Shown here one piece after another: positions 1 through 10,546 of a stretch of DNA of 64,000 bases. Position numbers and translations under genes: made by a program. Under the pieces are notes generated by a model. The model made no database searches. It had not been told where the DNA came from and saw only the letters and a program-made list of their open reading frames with translations. The DNA comes from Chrysemys picta bellii (lineage: Eukaryota). The stretch is taken from assembly GCF_011386835.1 (NCBI RefSeq), contig NC_088801.1:13578001-13642000 (forward strand), read 5' to 3'. The number at the start of each line of letters is the position of its first letter. Within the stretch, counting starts at the first letter, position 1.

Positions 1-1509
1 AATACTCCCACATTGAGGATAGCCAAGGATTGGAAAAGGAAACTTTGAGACAGACATTGTTCCCTCTGGTTGATTTCCTTGTATGAGTCCATAGAATGTA
101 TTACAGACAGGACAGGCAGGCTTATACTTCATTGCCTCTTGGATGCATGCTTTGCAAAATTCATGTTTGCACTTTTGCAGTACTTCTTTTTGATGGATTT
201 TATCCATGCAAATGGCACACACATCTTTGGCTTCCTCTCCTCCTGCTAACTTTGGTCTAGGTTGTTCTTTGGGAAGAACCCTATTCATTTTCCCGTCATC
301 ATCTGCATCCAGGGAAGTTCCTGTAGCACCTCTACAGCTGGTACCATAAATGAGAGGGGTCCCTTCGTTAATCTTTACAGGGCCTTCAGTGTAAAGAAAG
401 CTCCTGATGTGCTTTTCAGCAGCATGCAGAAGATCTGGTAATCCTTTTAAACGGAGTTTCTCCTCCTTTTTATTAAGTATTATACCTGGGTTTTCCAGTT
501 GTAGTTTATTAAAGTATTTATTCAGTTGTTTTTTCTGATCACTTGAAAGTTTCAAGCAGAGGTCTTTTTCAGTTATCATTGCTGAGGCCTTCTGAAATGC
601 ATTAATGAAGCTTTCGTAAGCATGTACAGACATATCTGAATCTTTGTTCTTAGGTTTAAATATGATGCATGCTTTCTGGCTCTGTGGAGAGCCCTTGTTT
701 TCCATTATGGTATCAAATGTTTGATTTATCACTTCAATTTCTTTACTTAATATTGTTTCCAAGAGTTTAAGCCCAACAGAATCAACTTCAATTCCATTCC
801 TATATGTGTAAGCTTCAGATGTTATTTTCATAGGTTTTTCAAGTGGGCTGTTCACGTTTTTTTCTTCAAGAAATTTTTTTGCAGCCAAAATCTCATTTGC
901 TGGACCACGCAGTATTACTGTATTTCCTTCAATTTTGGCAAGAAGACTCCTAAACCTGGTATTTAATTTAAGTAGTGTTTCATTTAACTGGGAACTGTTT
1001 GTCAAAGAAACTTTTTCTTGTTTTAAATCTGCTATTCCTTTCTGAAAATCAGTGATAAAAGACTGCTGAGCTCTCTCTACTGATCCAGAACTCCCAACAG
1101 ATATGAAGCTTATTGAAGTGAGTCCCTTGTCATCCTCTTTGCTTTTTATCTTTACGTTAAAACGTTGCTGTAATTCTTTAATTTGTTCTTCGTAGACATG
1201 GTTAAAGAATTCATAGAGAGCTGATGGAACTTCAATATTGTTCACTTCATCCAAACCATTCTCATTCACATCTTCCAAATCATTTCTTTCAGAGTGTGAA
1301 AAATCAGTGTATTGGTCATTTTTTATACGGAGTTCATCAAAATAGTGATACACTTTTTCAATATCTGCATAGTCTCCTGTCACTTTCTCGATGCCGTTGT
1401 TACTAGAATTTTTTTCTATTTTTAAGTTTGGGCACAGAGTGGTCACTTGTTGTCTTTCCTGTTTAGTGAACAGGTCGGTATTCAAGGTTGCAGACACATG
1501 GAGAAAAAT
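1..1509 (-). CDS. DTX3L: DTX3L large exon 3, truncated by the window edge; RING finger at 219..103
   Basis: Acceptor TTTTCAG|ATTTTTCTC (IFLHVSATLN); frame checked stop-free to position 1. Confidence 0.93.
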   Translation of the reverse strand, partial: MFLHVSATLNTDLFTKQERQQVTTLCPNLKIEKNSSNNGIEKVTGDYADIEKVYHYFDELRIKNDQYTDFSHSERNDLEDVNENGLDEVNNIEVPSALYEFFNHVYEEQIKELQQRFNVKIKSKEDDKGLTSISFISVGSSGSVERAQQSFITDFQKGIADLKQEKVSLTNSSQLNETLLKLNTRFRSLLAKIEGNTVILRGPANEILAAKKFLEEKNVNSPLEKPMKITSEAYTYRNGIEVDSVGLKLLETILSKEIEVINQTFDTIMENKGSPQSQKACIIFKPKNKDSDMSVHAYESFINAFQKASAMITEKDLCLKLSSDQKKQLNKYFNKLQLENPGIILNKKEEKLRLKGLPDLLHAAEKHIRSFLYTEGPVKINEGTPLIYGTSCRGATGTSLDADDDGKMNRVLPKEQPRPKLAGGEEAKDVCAICMDKIHQKEVLQKCKHEFCKACIQEAMKYKPACPVCNTFYGLIQGNQPEGTMSVSKFPFPILGYPQCGSI

Positions 1510-4500
1510 CTGAAAATGAAAGAACAAGCAGAGATCATTATCAGCTTTCCTAAAATGTTCAGCTTGTTCTTTCAAATATTTAATTAAAAAATCTTTCTAC
1601 TCTAGTTCTCAGCTTGCCAAGATTATTTTGTTTTTACTGTATATAAACACTCTTGCATATAGTCTTCTTTGAACTCATGTATACTGATATACTGCCATTA
1701 GTATCCCTATGTACACATGCATGAGAACCAATCCTGCTCCCAATGAAATCTGTGAAAAAACTCCCATCTTCTAATGTGAGCTTCAGTGGGGCAATGTAGA
1801 GGCCATCCACAGTTCTCTCTTAAATTGAGACCCAGTGCACATTAGCACAACATGAAAAGCAACTCACGATCTACTTTGCTAGTATTATTCATTATGCCAC
1901 AGGAACTAAGGACCATCACAAACCTCATGACTCCAAGTGCAAGGCATACTTCTTTGACCTGCTTTCCCTATCAAAAGCACAGTGCAGTACGTACATTAAA
2001 AAACAAACAAACAAGCAAACAAACAACCCAAAACCAAAATCCCACCAAAACAAAGCACTACATTAGATGTTCAATTATCCTCTGGAGAGGATGAGAGAAT
2101 GAACCACTTGACATAGATGTGCCTGACGCTTATTGTAGTACTGGAACATGCTCAGATTCTATGATGACAAGAGCAATATAAGAACCTATATGGAATAGAA
2201 TATCTGATTGTACTTATTAGTTCCTTTGAAAGGGTTCCTATATGTGCCTCAGTCGGAACCCAGGCATACAAATTGGTTCTGAAAAATATAAATGTCCCCG
2301 GATTTCAGAGGACACGCACATGCCACAAACATAATTATGACTGCAAATCCCTACCACTGCATTACAAGTCACCATGCCATACTCTGTGTCTATATGTTAA
2401 TTAGAGGTATGGACATGTCTCAGTGCTTGCTAACTGGGAAGTTTATAAATCTAATGCATACTAACAATTTCCAACTCTTCTATTCTGGCTAGAAGGTGAA
2501 ATGAGCTCTTTCTCTCCAACTGGTGTATGGAAGCAGAGGTGTACAGGTGTAAGTCATGAGACCTTGAGAGCCTGGTGAATTATTTTTTCTACTTTCTATT
2601 AAACATACCTTTTCAGTAAATGCTCTAGAAGATGAACTGGCATCATGTTTTTCACCAAGCTGTTTCTTATCAGTTTTCTTCTGAAGTTGTGAAAAGCCTG
2701 AAGTGCTGGATCGGCCCAAGGATTGTGGTGTAGGCTGGCTTTCTCCATGATCCTCTACTTCTGAATCTGCCTGGATAAATATCTTCAGACTTTTGCCATC
2801 AATTTCTAGGGCATGGTTTTCACGTGATTTCACGCGGTTCTTATCTATAGTGAGGTGGAAATAAATTGGGGGAGAGGGGGGAACTTCTGCTTATTCTGGT
2901 GTATCAATGAACAGTGAACAGTCAGATTCTCCATTGCTTTGCCCCTTGTGTAGTCATTTTACCATGTGCAAAATGAGTGTAAAAGGCTAACATTCTGATC
3001 TGATAAGGTTTTACACCCACTTTGCACACCTATGAATGATTACACAAGGGGGAAGGAAGAGGAAAAACAACTCCCAAGGAATTCACACAACATATATACT
3101 GTGAATTTTAAGGTTTGAAATGAGATGTGTTCAAGCCTCTTTTGTACTGTCCCAGTGCTGGGGCCATTAGCTGCTGACCCAGTCCACAGTACAAATTAGG
3201 GCTCACCACCTAACTGTTATATAGCACTTTTCATCTGTGCATCTCAAAGAAATCTATGCTGGTTGTCAGTGGCCACCATAGTTCCCATTCATGTTCCCTT
3301 CTCTCTGACCATGCCCCTACACTAAGGGTACGTCTACACTTACCTCCGGGTCCCGCGGCAGGCAATCGATGTTCTGGGATCGATTTATCGTGTCTGGTTT
3401 AGACGCGATAAATAGATCCCGGAAGTGCTCGCCGTCGACGCCGGTACTCCAGCTCGGCGAGAGGAGTACGCAGCATCGACAGGGGAGCCTCCCTGCCGCG
3501 TCTGGACCCGCGGTAAGTTCGGACTACGGTATTTCGAATTCGGCTACGTTATTAACGTAGCTGAATTTGCGTACCTTAGTCCGAAGTGGGGGGTTAGTGG
3601 GGACCAGGCCTAAGGACCAAGATGTGAGTGACATAGGATCACCTAAAGTTTGCTCTGTCTACACAGAGTATCACAGCCAGCATGTGGCACAGCTCACATA
3701 CCCGACACAGAGAGGTTCACAGCTGGGGTGCTGCCTAGGGGCATAGCAGGTATACGACCTTCCCATCCACATGCCCACAGGTGGCTACTGCTGGCATAGC
3801 ACCATCCTGCTAAACGTCACAGCTGATATACCATCCATCGCCCCTACTGAGTAGCAGCTGGCAAAATGCTTTGAGTGGCACACACTGCGGCCATGCCGAG
3901 TGACGCAGTTGACATGCTGACCTGTGACATGCTGCTGGTATGCCGTCCCATTGTGCAACGGGCACACTGTATCCCTGTGGCACAACTGGTGTGCTGCTGC
4001 CATGCTGTTGAGTGACATGGCTGGCACTCTGCATCACTGGGGGCACGGATGGCACACCCCGTGTTCCCCCACCTCCAGGGCACGGCTAGCACTCCCGGGC
4101 TGCACCCCCCACACTCCTGGGGCACAGCTGGCATACATACATACACATACACACACACACAGGCTACGGCTGGCACATCCTGCGAGCCACCCCCAAGACA
4201 TGGCTAGCACACACACCCCGGCCCCTCTGGGGCTGGCATGCACGGACATGCTGTTGAGCTATATGGCTGCGCCCCCCGCCCCTCTCGAGAAGCCAGAGTG
4301 GAGTGGGCCATGCCGAGGGCACCAGCCAGGGGCCGAGCCGGGCCTGGCACCCCACCCCTCACCTTGCTCCAAGTGGAAGCACACCAGGTAGGTGCCCGGC
4401 TCGGGGCCCGGCTTCACCTCGCACTCGCCTCCCCCGGAGCGCCTCGCGGACTGGAAGTAGCTCTCCAGCTTGAGCGGCAGCTTGTCGCCGGGCCGGGGCG

Positions 4501-4543
4501 CGGGAGAGACCCACACCAGGAGCGGGGCCGGGAGGGCGGCCAT
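1..4543 (-). CDS. DTX3L: E3 ubiquitin ligase DTX3L (BBAP), partial; join(4543..4363, 2844..2609, 1509..<1), 642 aa visible
   Basis: N-terminus MAALPAPLLVWV...KLESYFQSARRSGGGECEV resembles human DTX3L. Exon 3 has no stop over 1509 nt and encodes a C3HC4 RING (CAIC...CKHEFCKAC...CPVC) followed by the start of the DTC domain (GNQPEG). Head-to-head with PARP9 as in mammals. Confidence 0.95.
2609..2844 (-). CDS. DTX3L: DTX3L exon 2 (236 nt)
   Basis: Acceptor CTATAG|AT, donor AAG|GTATGT; DKNRVKSRENHALEIDGK...AFTEK in frame with exons 1 and 3. Confidence 0.88.
3326..3610 (+). mobile_element. Non-autonomous PIF/Harbinger MITE
   Basis: Ends GGGTACGTCTACACT ... AGTGGGGACCAGGCC with TAA on both sides (3323-3325, 3611-3613); internal palindromes; CpG-rich. 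Confidence 0.8.
4363..4543 (-). CDS. DTX3L: DTX3L coding exon 1 (181 nt)
   Basis: ATG at 4543 (context GCCATGG); donor CAAG|GTGAGG at 4363/4362; phase 1. Confidence 0.92.
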
Positions 4544-4574
4544 GGCGCGCGGGGCCTGCAGCTGGCGGCTGCAA

Positions 4575-4586
4575 ACTTTCGCTTTC
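4575..4586 (-). promoter_or_regulatory. IRF-E / ISRE-type interferon-response element
   Basis: Minus strand reads GAAAGCGAAAGT, matching the IRF-E consensus G(A)AAA(G/C)(T/C)GAAA(G/C)(T/C); 32 nt from the DTX3L ATG. Confidence 0.8.
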
Positions 4587-4599
4587 GATTCCCAGCGTC

Positions 4600-4680
4600 C
4601 GGAGCGTCGGTTGCAAACAACAGAAACTCCCCGCCCCGCGCTCAGTCCCGCCGCCCGCGCCGCTCCGGCCCGCCTGCCAG
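4600..4680 (+). other. PARP9: Putative non-coding first exon of PARP9 (5' end unknown)
   Basis: Donor CAG|GTACCG at 4680/4681 inside the CpG island, pointing away from DTX3L; start coordinate is a guess. Confidence 0.5.
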
Positions 4681-5017
4681 GTACCGGGGCCACCCCGCCA
4701 AGGGCACATGTGGGGGCGGGCCGGGCTCGCTAGGGCCCCCCTGACCGCTGCTGAGGCGCGGGCCCCGTGCACCCGGGTGGGGCAGCGGAGTTCGCCCCGG
4801 GGTGGGGTACGGCCCCAGGTGCCCTGGGCTCGGGTAGGGGGCATTGTTTGCGCCCGGACGGTGCTTCCTTCGGAGCAGCAAAGTAACCCCCTGCTAGCAA
4901 AGCCGGGGGTGGGGGGGCAGAGAGGGCCAAATCCGGTGCTGATCTAGCCCGGTGCAGTCCTGATTACAAGGGAGGGAGCAGAGTTTGGCCCCAGGAGCTG
5001 AATGGCACATAGGTCTG

Positions 5018-5448
5018 GTTTCAGAGTAGCAGCCCTGTTAGTCTGTATCCGCAAAAAGAACAGGAGTACTTGTGGCATCTTAGGCTACATCCTCACTACG
5101 GGTGTGTGTGTGTGTGTCAATTTTAGATACGCAAAGTCAGCTATGCGAATAGCGTAGCTGAATTCGACGTATCGGAGCCTACTTACCCCACTGTGAGGAT
5201 GGCGGCAAATGGACCTCCGCGGCTCCCCCGTCGACAGCGCTTACTCCTACCTCCGCTGGTGGAGTACAAGCGTCGATTCGGGGATCGATTGTCACGTCCC
5301 GATGAGATGCGATAATTCGATCCCCGAGAGATCGATTTCTACCCACCGATTCAGGCGGGTAGTGTAGACGTAGCCTAAAGAGACTAACAAATTTATGCTC
5401 AAATGAATTTGTTAGTCTCTAGGTGCCACAAGTACTCCTGTTCTTTTT
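5018..5448. mobile_element. Penelope-like short palindromic insertion interrupted by a Harbinger MITE
   Basis: GGAGTACTTGTGGCA..AGAGACTAACAAATTT / AAATTTGTTAGTCTCT..GTGCCACAAGTACTCC inverted arrangement; 11-bp direct repeat ACATAGGTCTG at 5007-5017 and 5449-5459; family name from memory. Confidence 0.65.
5083..5375 (-). mobile_element. PIF/Harbinger MITE, same family as 3326-3610, opposite orientation
   Basis: TIRs GGCTACATCCTCACT ... AGTGTAGACGTAGCC, TWA flanks; reverse complement aligns block by block with 3326-3610. Confidence 0.8.
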
Positions 5449-5931
5449 ACATAGGTCTGAGTTTGTGGTAGTAGATTTTGATCTCATAACGCTCCATGTA
5501 AATCAGAGTGACTCCATTACACTGATTGAACTGAGAGAATGCTGCCCCGGATAGGGTTCTTACAGCCAGTAGGTGATGGTCCCTTGTGGCATGAACAGTT
5601 GGCATTATTTCATGATGTCTGGCTTAGTTGTTATGTGCTTCCACTGAGGCTGAATTATGGCTGACCGGGGAACCATATGACACTTTTCTGAGTTGTATAT
5701 ATTTAAATTCTCACCCATAGCCTTGCATTCAAGTATTATTTTGCATTGAATTGTTTTACTATTTTAAGATAAATTAATATATCACAAATGCATCTGAGAT
5801 TTTAAAGTGTGACGTTCCCGATATTTTTGTGTTGGTATATTTTACATGTTTGGGCTAGAGATGCCAGTTTTGGTTGGATGTATTCCTGGAGGTCTCATCA
5901 TATGACATAATCTTTAATGGGGGGGGGGGGG

Positions 5932-6110
5932 GGAAGGATAGCTCAGTGGTTTGAGCATTGGCCTGCTAAACACAAGGTTATGAGTTCAGTCCTTGAGGGG
6001 GCCATTTAGGGATGGGGGCAAAAATCTGTCAGGATTGGTCCTGCTTTGAGCAGTGGGTTGGACTAGATGACCTCCTGAGGTCCCTTCCAATCCTGGTATT
6101 CTATAATTCT
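5932..6110 (+). mobile_element. tRNA-derived SINE with CR1-type 3' tail (tortoise Pol III/SINE type)
   Basis: A box TAGCTCAGTGG, B-box-like GAGTTCAGTCC, tail GGACTAGATGACCTCCTGAGGTCCCTTCCAATCC...ATTCTATAATTCT; preceded by a G15 run. Confidence 0.8.
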
Positions 6111-7676
6111 TGGAGTCTCCAGGCCAATCCTGGAGGGTGGGCAATCCTAGTTTTGGGCCCAGATCCTGCAGTGAGCTTTGTGGGGGCAGACTTTTGCATT
6201 TGTGTGGTTCCCTAGTGAAGTCAGTGGTGCAGGGTTCTGCTCATGAAGAACTAATTGTGGGATCAGGACCTTGGATGTGTGTAGATGCATTTACTGAAAT
6301 GTTTGCAGATGCATTTTTCTGAACATCCTTGAAATCATTTGGGTAAATATGACTGCATGTATCTCACTGTGCAGATGCACCTATGTTACAATGTACGGTT
6401 GTATAACTGCTCCTGGTGTGCCAGCACATCAGCAAAACTGCCTATATTTAATATCACCTTAAGGGCTTCTATGAACCTGGCCCTGAGGCATTCTTTGATG
6501 GCCTCCATGATCTGAGGAGCTGATTCTCTTCTTACATCTGTGAAAATCAGGAGTCACTCCACTGATACACAATTGATTTAAAGGAGAGGAGATCTGGCAT
6601 TGTGCCTTACATCAGTGATGGTAGCTGATTGTACTTTTGTTGTTAATGAGCTACAGCATTTGCGTTTTGCCTTTAGAAATAAAGTTTCCCAAGATTTAGA
6701 AGCATTTGGAGCTGGGGTTTTGATTTTGTCTAGTACAGAAATTAGGGCCTGGAGGAGACCAGGAAGGGGACAGAATAACACCTTTAATGCAGCTTGAGAG
6801 ACCAAATAGCAGAAGTTTCCATTTAGCAGAAGTTTGACTCTATATTAGTTCTGTACACATAACCCGCCTGCATGCTTTGCATTTCCAAAAGGGCAAAGAT
6901 GGGATTGCAGAAATTAAAGAGGACATTGTTCAACATTTCCAATTAAATTATACGGACTCCTGGAGGCAGTAAAAGCAGTATTTGGGGTCAGTTGATTAGC
7001 AGAGTCTCTCAATTGATGAATGAAACAGCTCAAGAAAAAACAGAACTAGAACAGAAGCTAAAAAGGTTACAAGATATTCATAAAAATACAGGTTCAGAAA
7101 AAAACATATTAACAATTAACTATTAGTGGGAAGTTGAATATGTTGATGACAAATCCCATTGAAAAAGCCTTAAGGTATGCAAAGCAGATGTTTTATGAAA
7201 AATGAAATAAAAATGATAGGCTATTGGCATGAAAGCTTAGAGAAATTAAAGAGCAACATATTATTCCATCAATTAAGAAAAATCAGCAAAAGTTAGTTAC
7301 ACACCTGAATGAAATATGTGCTATTTTTTGCTGCTTATTATAAAAATCTCTATACCTGAGATACTCTAAGCTCTGAAGTTATTCAAAAATATCTGGAAGT
7401 AGCAGGCTTGCCAAAGATGAGCAAAATTGATTAAGAAATAACCGAAGAAGAAATCCTAGAGGCAGTAGCAAGTATGAAAAGTGGTAAAACTCCAGGACCT
7501 GATGGCTTTCCAGCTGAATTGTACAAGGTATTTAAGGAGGTATTAGTGGGTCCTTTGAGAGAGGTCTTCCATGACATGTTGTTAGGGGAGGAACTTCTAC
7601 AATATATGAAAGAAGCTACTGTGGTAGTTTTCCCCTAAAGATGGAAAAGACCTTACCTTGTCCAGTTCCTCTAGGC

Positions 7677-8009
7677 CAGGGTCGGCAACCTTTGGCACGC
7701 AGCTCGCCAGCGTAAGCACCCTGGCGGGTCAGGCCAGTTTGTTTACTTGCCGCGACCGCAGGTTTGTCTGATCACGGCTCCCACTGGCCCCGGTTCGCCG
7801 CTCTGGGCCAATGGGGGCTGCGGGAAGGGCGGCCAGCACATCCCTCGGCCCGCGCCACTTCCCGCATCCCCCATTGGCCTGGAGCGGCAAACCGCAGCCA
7901 GCGGGAGCCGCGATTGGCCGAACCTGCAGTCGCAGCAAGTAAACAAACTGGACCGGCCTGCCAGGGTGCTTACCCTGGCGAGCCACGTGCCAAAGGTTTC
8001 CGACCCCTG
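7677..8009. mobile_element. hAT-family MITE nested in the L1
   Basis: TIRs CAGGGTCGGCAACCT / AGGTTTCCGACCCCTG; perfect 8-bp TSD CTCTAGGC (7669-7676, 8010-8017). Confidence 0.9.
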
Positions 8010-8833
8010 CTCTAGGCCCATATCTCTGTTGTATCATGAAATTAAGATTTTAACAAAAATACTAACTAGCCGATTGCAGTTTATGCTTTAGTTTATATAA
8101 ATCCAGACCAAACTGAATTAAATAAGGATAGACAAATGTCAGACAATATTCAGAATCATCCATAATGCCAGATCAAAAAAATCAATTTCTCTTGTTATCA
8201 CTAGATGCCTTTGGTAGAATAGAGAGGAACTTTCTATTTCAAGTCCTGTCACATATGGACTTTGGTCACCAATTCCTTAAATGCATAACTGCTCTTTACA
8301 CCAGCCCAAAAGCAGTGGTGCCAGTTAATGGGGTTAAATCTCTCCTTTTTGAATTACGCTAAGTGATTAGTCAGGGATGTCCATCGTCTCCTTTACTTTT
8401 TGCACTGGCTATGGAGCCTTTTGCACAGACGATAAGGAATAAGGATAAGGAATAACTATTCAGTAAAGAAACGCTTCTAACTTATTTAGAGATCAAAACT
8501 AATTTGAATTGTTCCGCTTTTCCCTGGTACCAATACTTTCAGTACTTTCCCTGGTACTATGTTTCTCATCTTTCTAGGAAATGTGTTTTATACAGAAAGC
8601 TAACTTTAATGGAAGTGATGGCATCTGGAAATAAAAAAATAACTAATTTATATCAATCTTTGCAGCCAGCTTTCCTAACAGAAAATTGTCCATATGAAAA
8701 TTTCCCATATGTCTGGGAAAAGGCTCTGGATAGACAAATTACCCCAGAGGAATCGGGTTTGATCTGGAAAAGAGGACTAGCATCCTCAGTGTTACAGTGG
8801 TACCTCACACCAGTCAGGTTAAAAATTCACATA

Positions 8834-9018
8834 CAGACGCTCCCTGACTTACGCAAGCATTCCGTTGTGGAATGCCTTGCGTAAGTCGAATTTTGCGTAA
8901 GTCAGAGATGTATACCCAACAATTATGCCAAAAAAATAAAAATAAAAAAAGCTTACGGAACTTTTTCCATAAGTGTGGATTTGCGTAAGTCAGGTTTGCG
9001 TAACCCGGGGAGCGTCTG
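8834..9018. mobile_element. Tigger/pogo-like MITE nested in the L1
   Basis: TIRs CAGACGCTCCC / GGGAGCGTCTG with TA on both sides. Confidence 0.85.
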
Positions 9019-10502
9019 TAAAGACTGAATAGGGATGAATATTGGAGAAATTGTGGTGAAAGAGAAGATTTTATGCATATATGGTGGACATGTCCAATCA
9101 TTAGAGAGTATTAGGCTGCAGTTCACAATCAAATATCACAGATTATTGGATACTTATTACCAAACGATCCTTTGGTAATCCTCCTGGGGCTTCCTATTGG
9201 AAATGGTCATACAAAAGTAAATGAAGAATTATCTCTCATCTGCTAGTAGCTGCTTGGCTATTAGTAGCCTCTCACTGGAAAATAAAATAAAATATCCCAA
9301 CCATTGAGGAATGGTTCAAAAATATGGGAGATTGTTTTTATGGAAAAATTAACACACCAATTATGTACCCAACAAAATACACAGAGGATGGATGGATAGA
9401 TAGATATTTGGTCACCTTTTATTCAGTACTCAGACAAAGTACATTCACTTGCAAAAAAACTCAGCCCACCTGTCCATTTTGTGTTAATATTAGCATTTGA
9501 TAGACATACCTGGTCTGTTAAATATGTGCATATAGAAATTTCATTAAATTTAATAAAATAATTAGAAATGACAGAAGTATTGCAATGATGCTCACTGTGT
9601 AATATGGTAACACCCTGTTAAATAGAAAGATCTGATGTTTATATATTGCTGTATGTCTCTTTAAACAAAAGCTAACTGTTGTAATGGTTGTTTTGTTGCT
9701 GATGTTTACATGGCAAGAATTTGTAAACTTGTTAAAACTTCTTAAATAAATAATGGGTTCTTTTCTAAAGAAAGAAATTAGGGCCTGGAGTAATATCTGG
9801 ATTTGGAGCAGAACCCTTCCAAATTGTGACTCATCTAGATGAAGACATTTGGTCTTCAGAAAATGAACAGTTGGCATAAGTTATTGATATTGCGCCAAAA
9901 ACACAGCCCTCTAGCACTTGAGTTAAATGAGAACTCGTGAAACTGCTGGTAGCATCCTAGCTAGTAGAGGGCAACATATCACCTTTCCTTCCTCCTCCCC
10001 CACATATACTGTCTCACTCGCTGCATTACAACAGGCAGCAACTGAGTCCTATGACTCCAAATGGGCAATGTTTTAGTTTTAATCCACCTCAGTCATTGTG
10101 ATGACAGCAGCTGGTTAAACCCAGCTTTATGTTCCTATATAAATTGTCAGGAGAAACAAGGACATGATAAGAAGATAAGGATCAAGCCTCAGACTTTTAA
10201 CTAGCACAGATATTCGTAATGGGTGTGCTAATTTAACACCTTACAGTCCTGTGGCGCTGATTCCCTGCTGAATATGCTTTGTAGGATATGGAGTTTTGAA
10301 AGCTGCCCATGATGGCTTTGACTTGCTGAACTCTTCATGTAGTAGAAGTACTAAAATCTCACCGGGGCATGAATGCAAAGAGGTCTATAGCATTTATCTC
10401 AGTTGGTTCCTTGATTGCTTACAGAGCTCTACTATAAGCTGTATGTCATACACAGAAGCAATGTATTTAGTGGCCTGGGCAGAGGCAACGCGTAACTGTT
10501 GA

Positions 10503-10504
<2 letters not shown>

Positions 10505-10542
<38 letters not shown>
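10505..10542. repeat. (GT)19 microsatellite
   Basis: Direct reading. Confidence 0.95.

Positions 10543-10546
<4 letters not shown>

Larger units (their letters stand above)
4270..4930. promoter_or_regulatory. CpG island / DTX3L-PARP9 bidirectional promoter
   Basis: Very GC- and CpG-rich; contains DTX3L exon 1, a GC box (CCCCGCCCC 4629-4637), an IRF element and a plus-strand donor at 4681; edges approximate. Confidence 0.85.
6755..9772 (+). mobile_element. 5'-truncated, internally deleted, decayed L1-clade LINE (ORF2 relic)
   Basis: KTPGPDGFPAELYK, RPISLL..KILTKIL, QGCPSSPLLF, WYLTPVRL, WRNC..HIWWTC; AATAAA near 9745; 18-bp TSD AGAAATTAGGGCCTGGAG at 6737-6754 and 9773-9790; many stops and frameshifts. 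Confidence 0.88.

Noticed and set aside
4363-4543. PARP14 as the identity of the minus-strand gene (similar YFQS..RSGGGECEV N-terminus)
   Set aside because: Downstream exons encode a C3HC4 RING and the Deltex C-terminal start, and no macrodomains, which fits DTX3L.
4238-4947. Many overlapping 60-170 aa ORFs on both strands, including a 50-aa GTG-initiated extension of DTX3L (4693)
   Set aside because: Stop-poor shadow frames of a GC-rich CpG island. Only 4543-4363 matches a known protein and has a donor site. The extension crosses the IRF element and probably the transcription start.
5936-6000. tRNA-like sequence
   Set aside because: Degenerate B box and stems, and it continues into a CR1-type tail, so it is a SINE head and not a tRNA gene.
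7729-8091. Four overlapping ORFs of 83-114 aa
   Set aside because: They lie in a hAT MITE with TIRs and TSD; only the part after 8010 is real (L1 RT residue).
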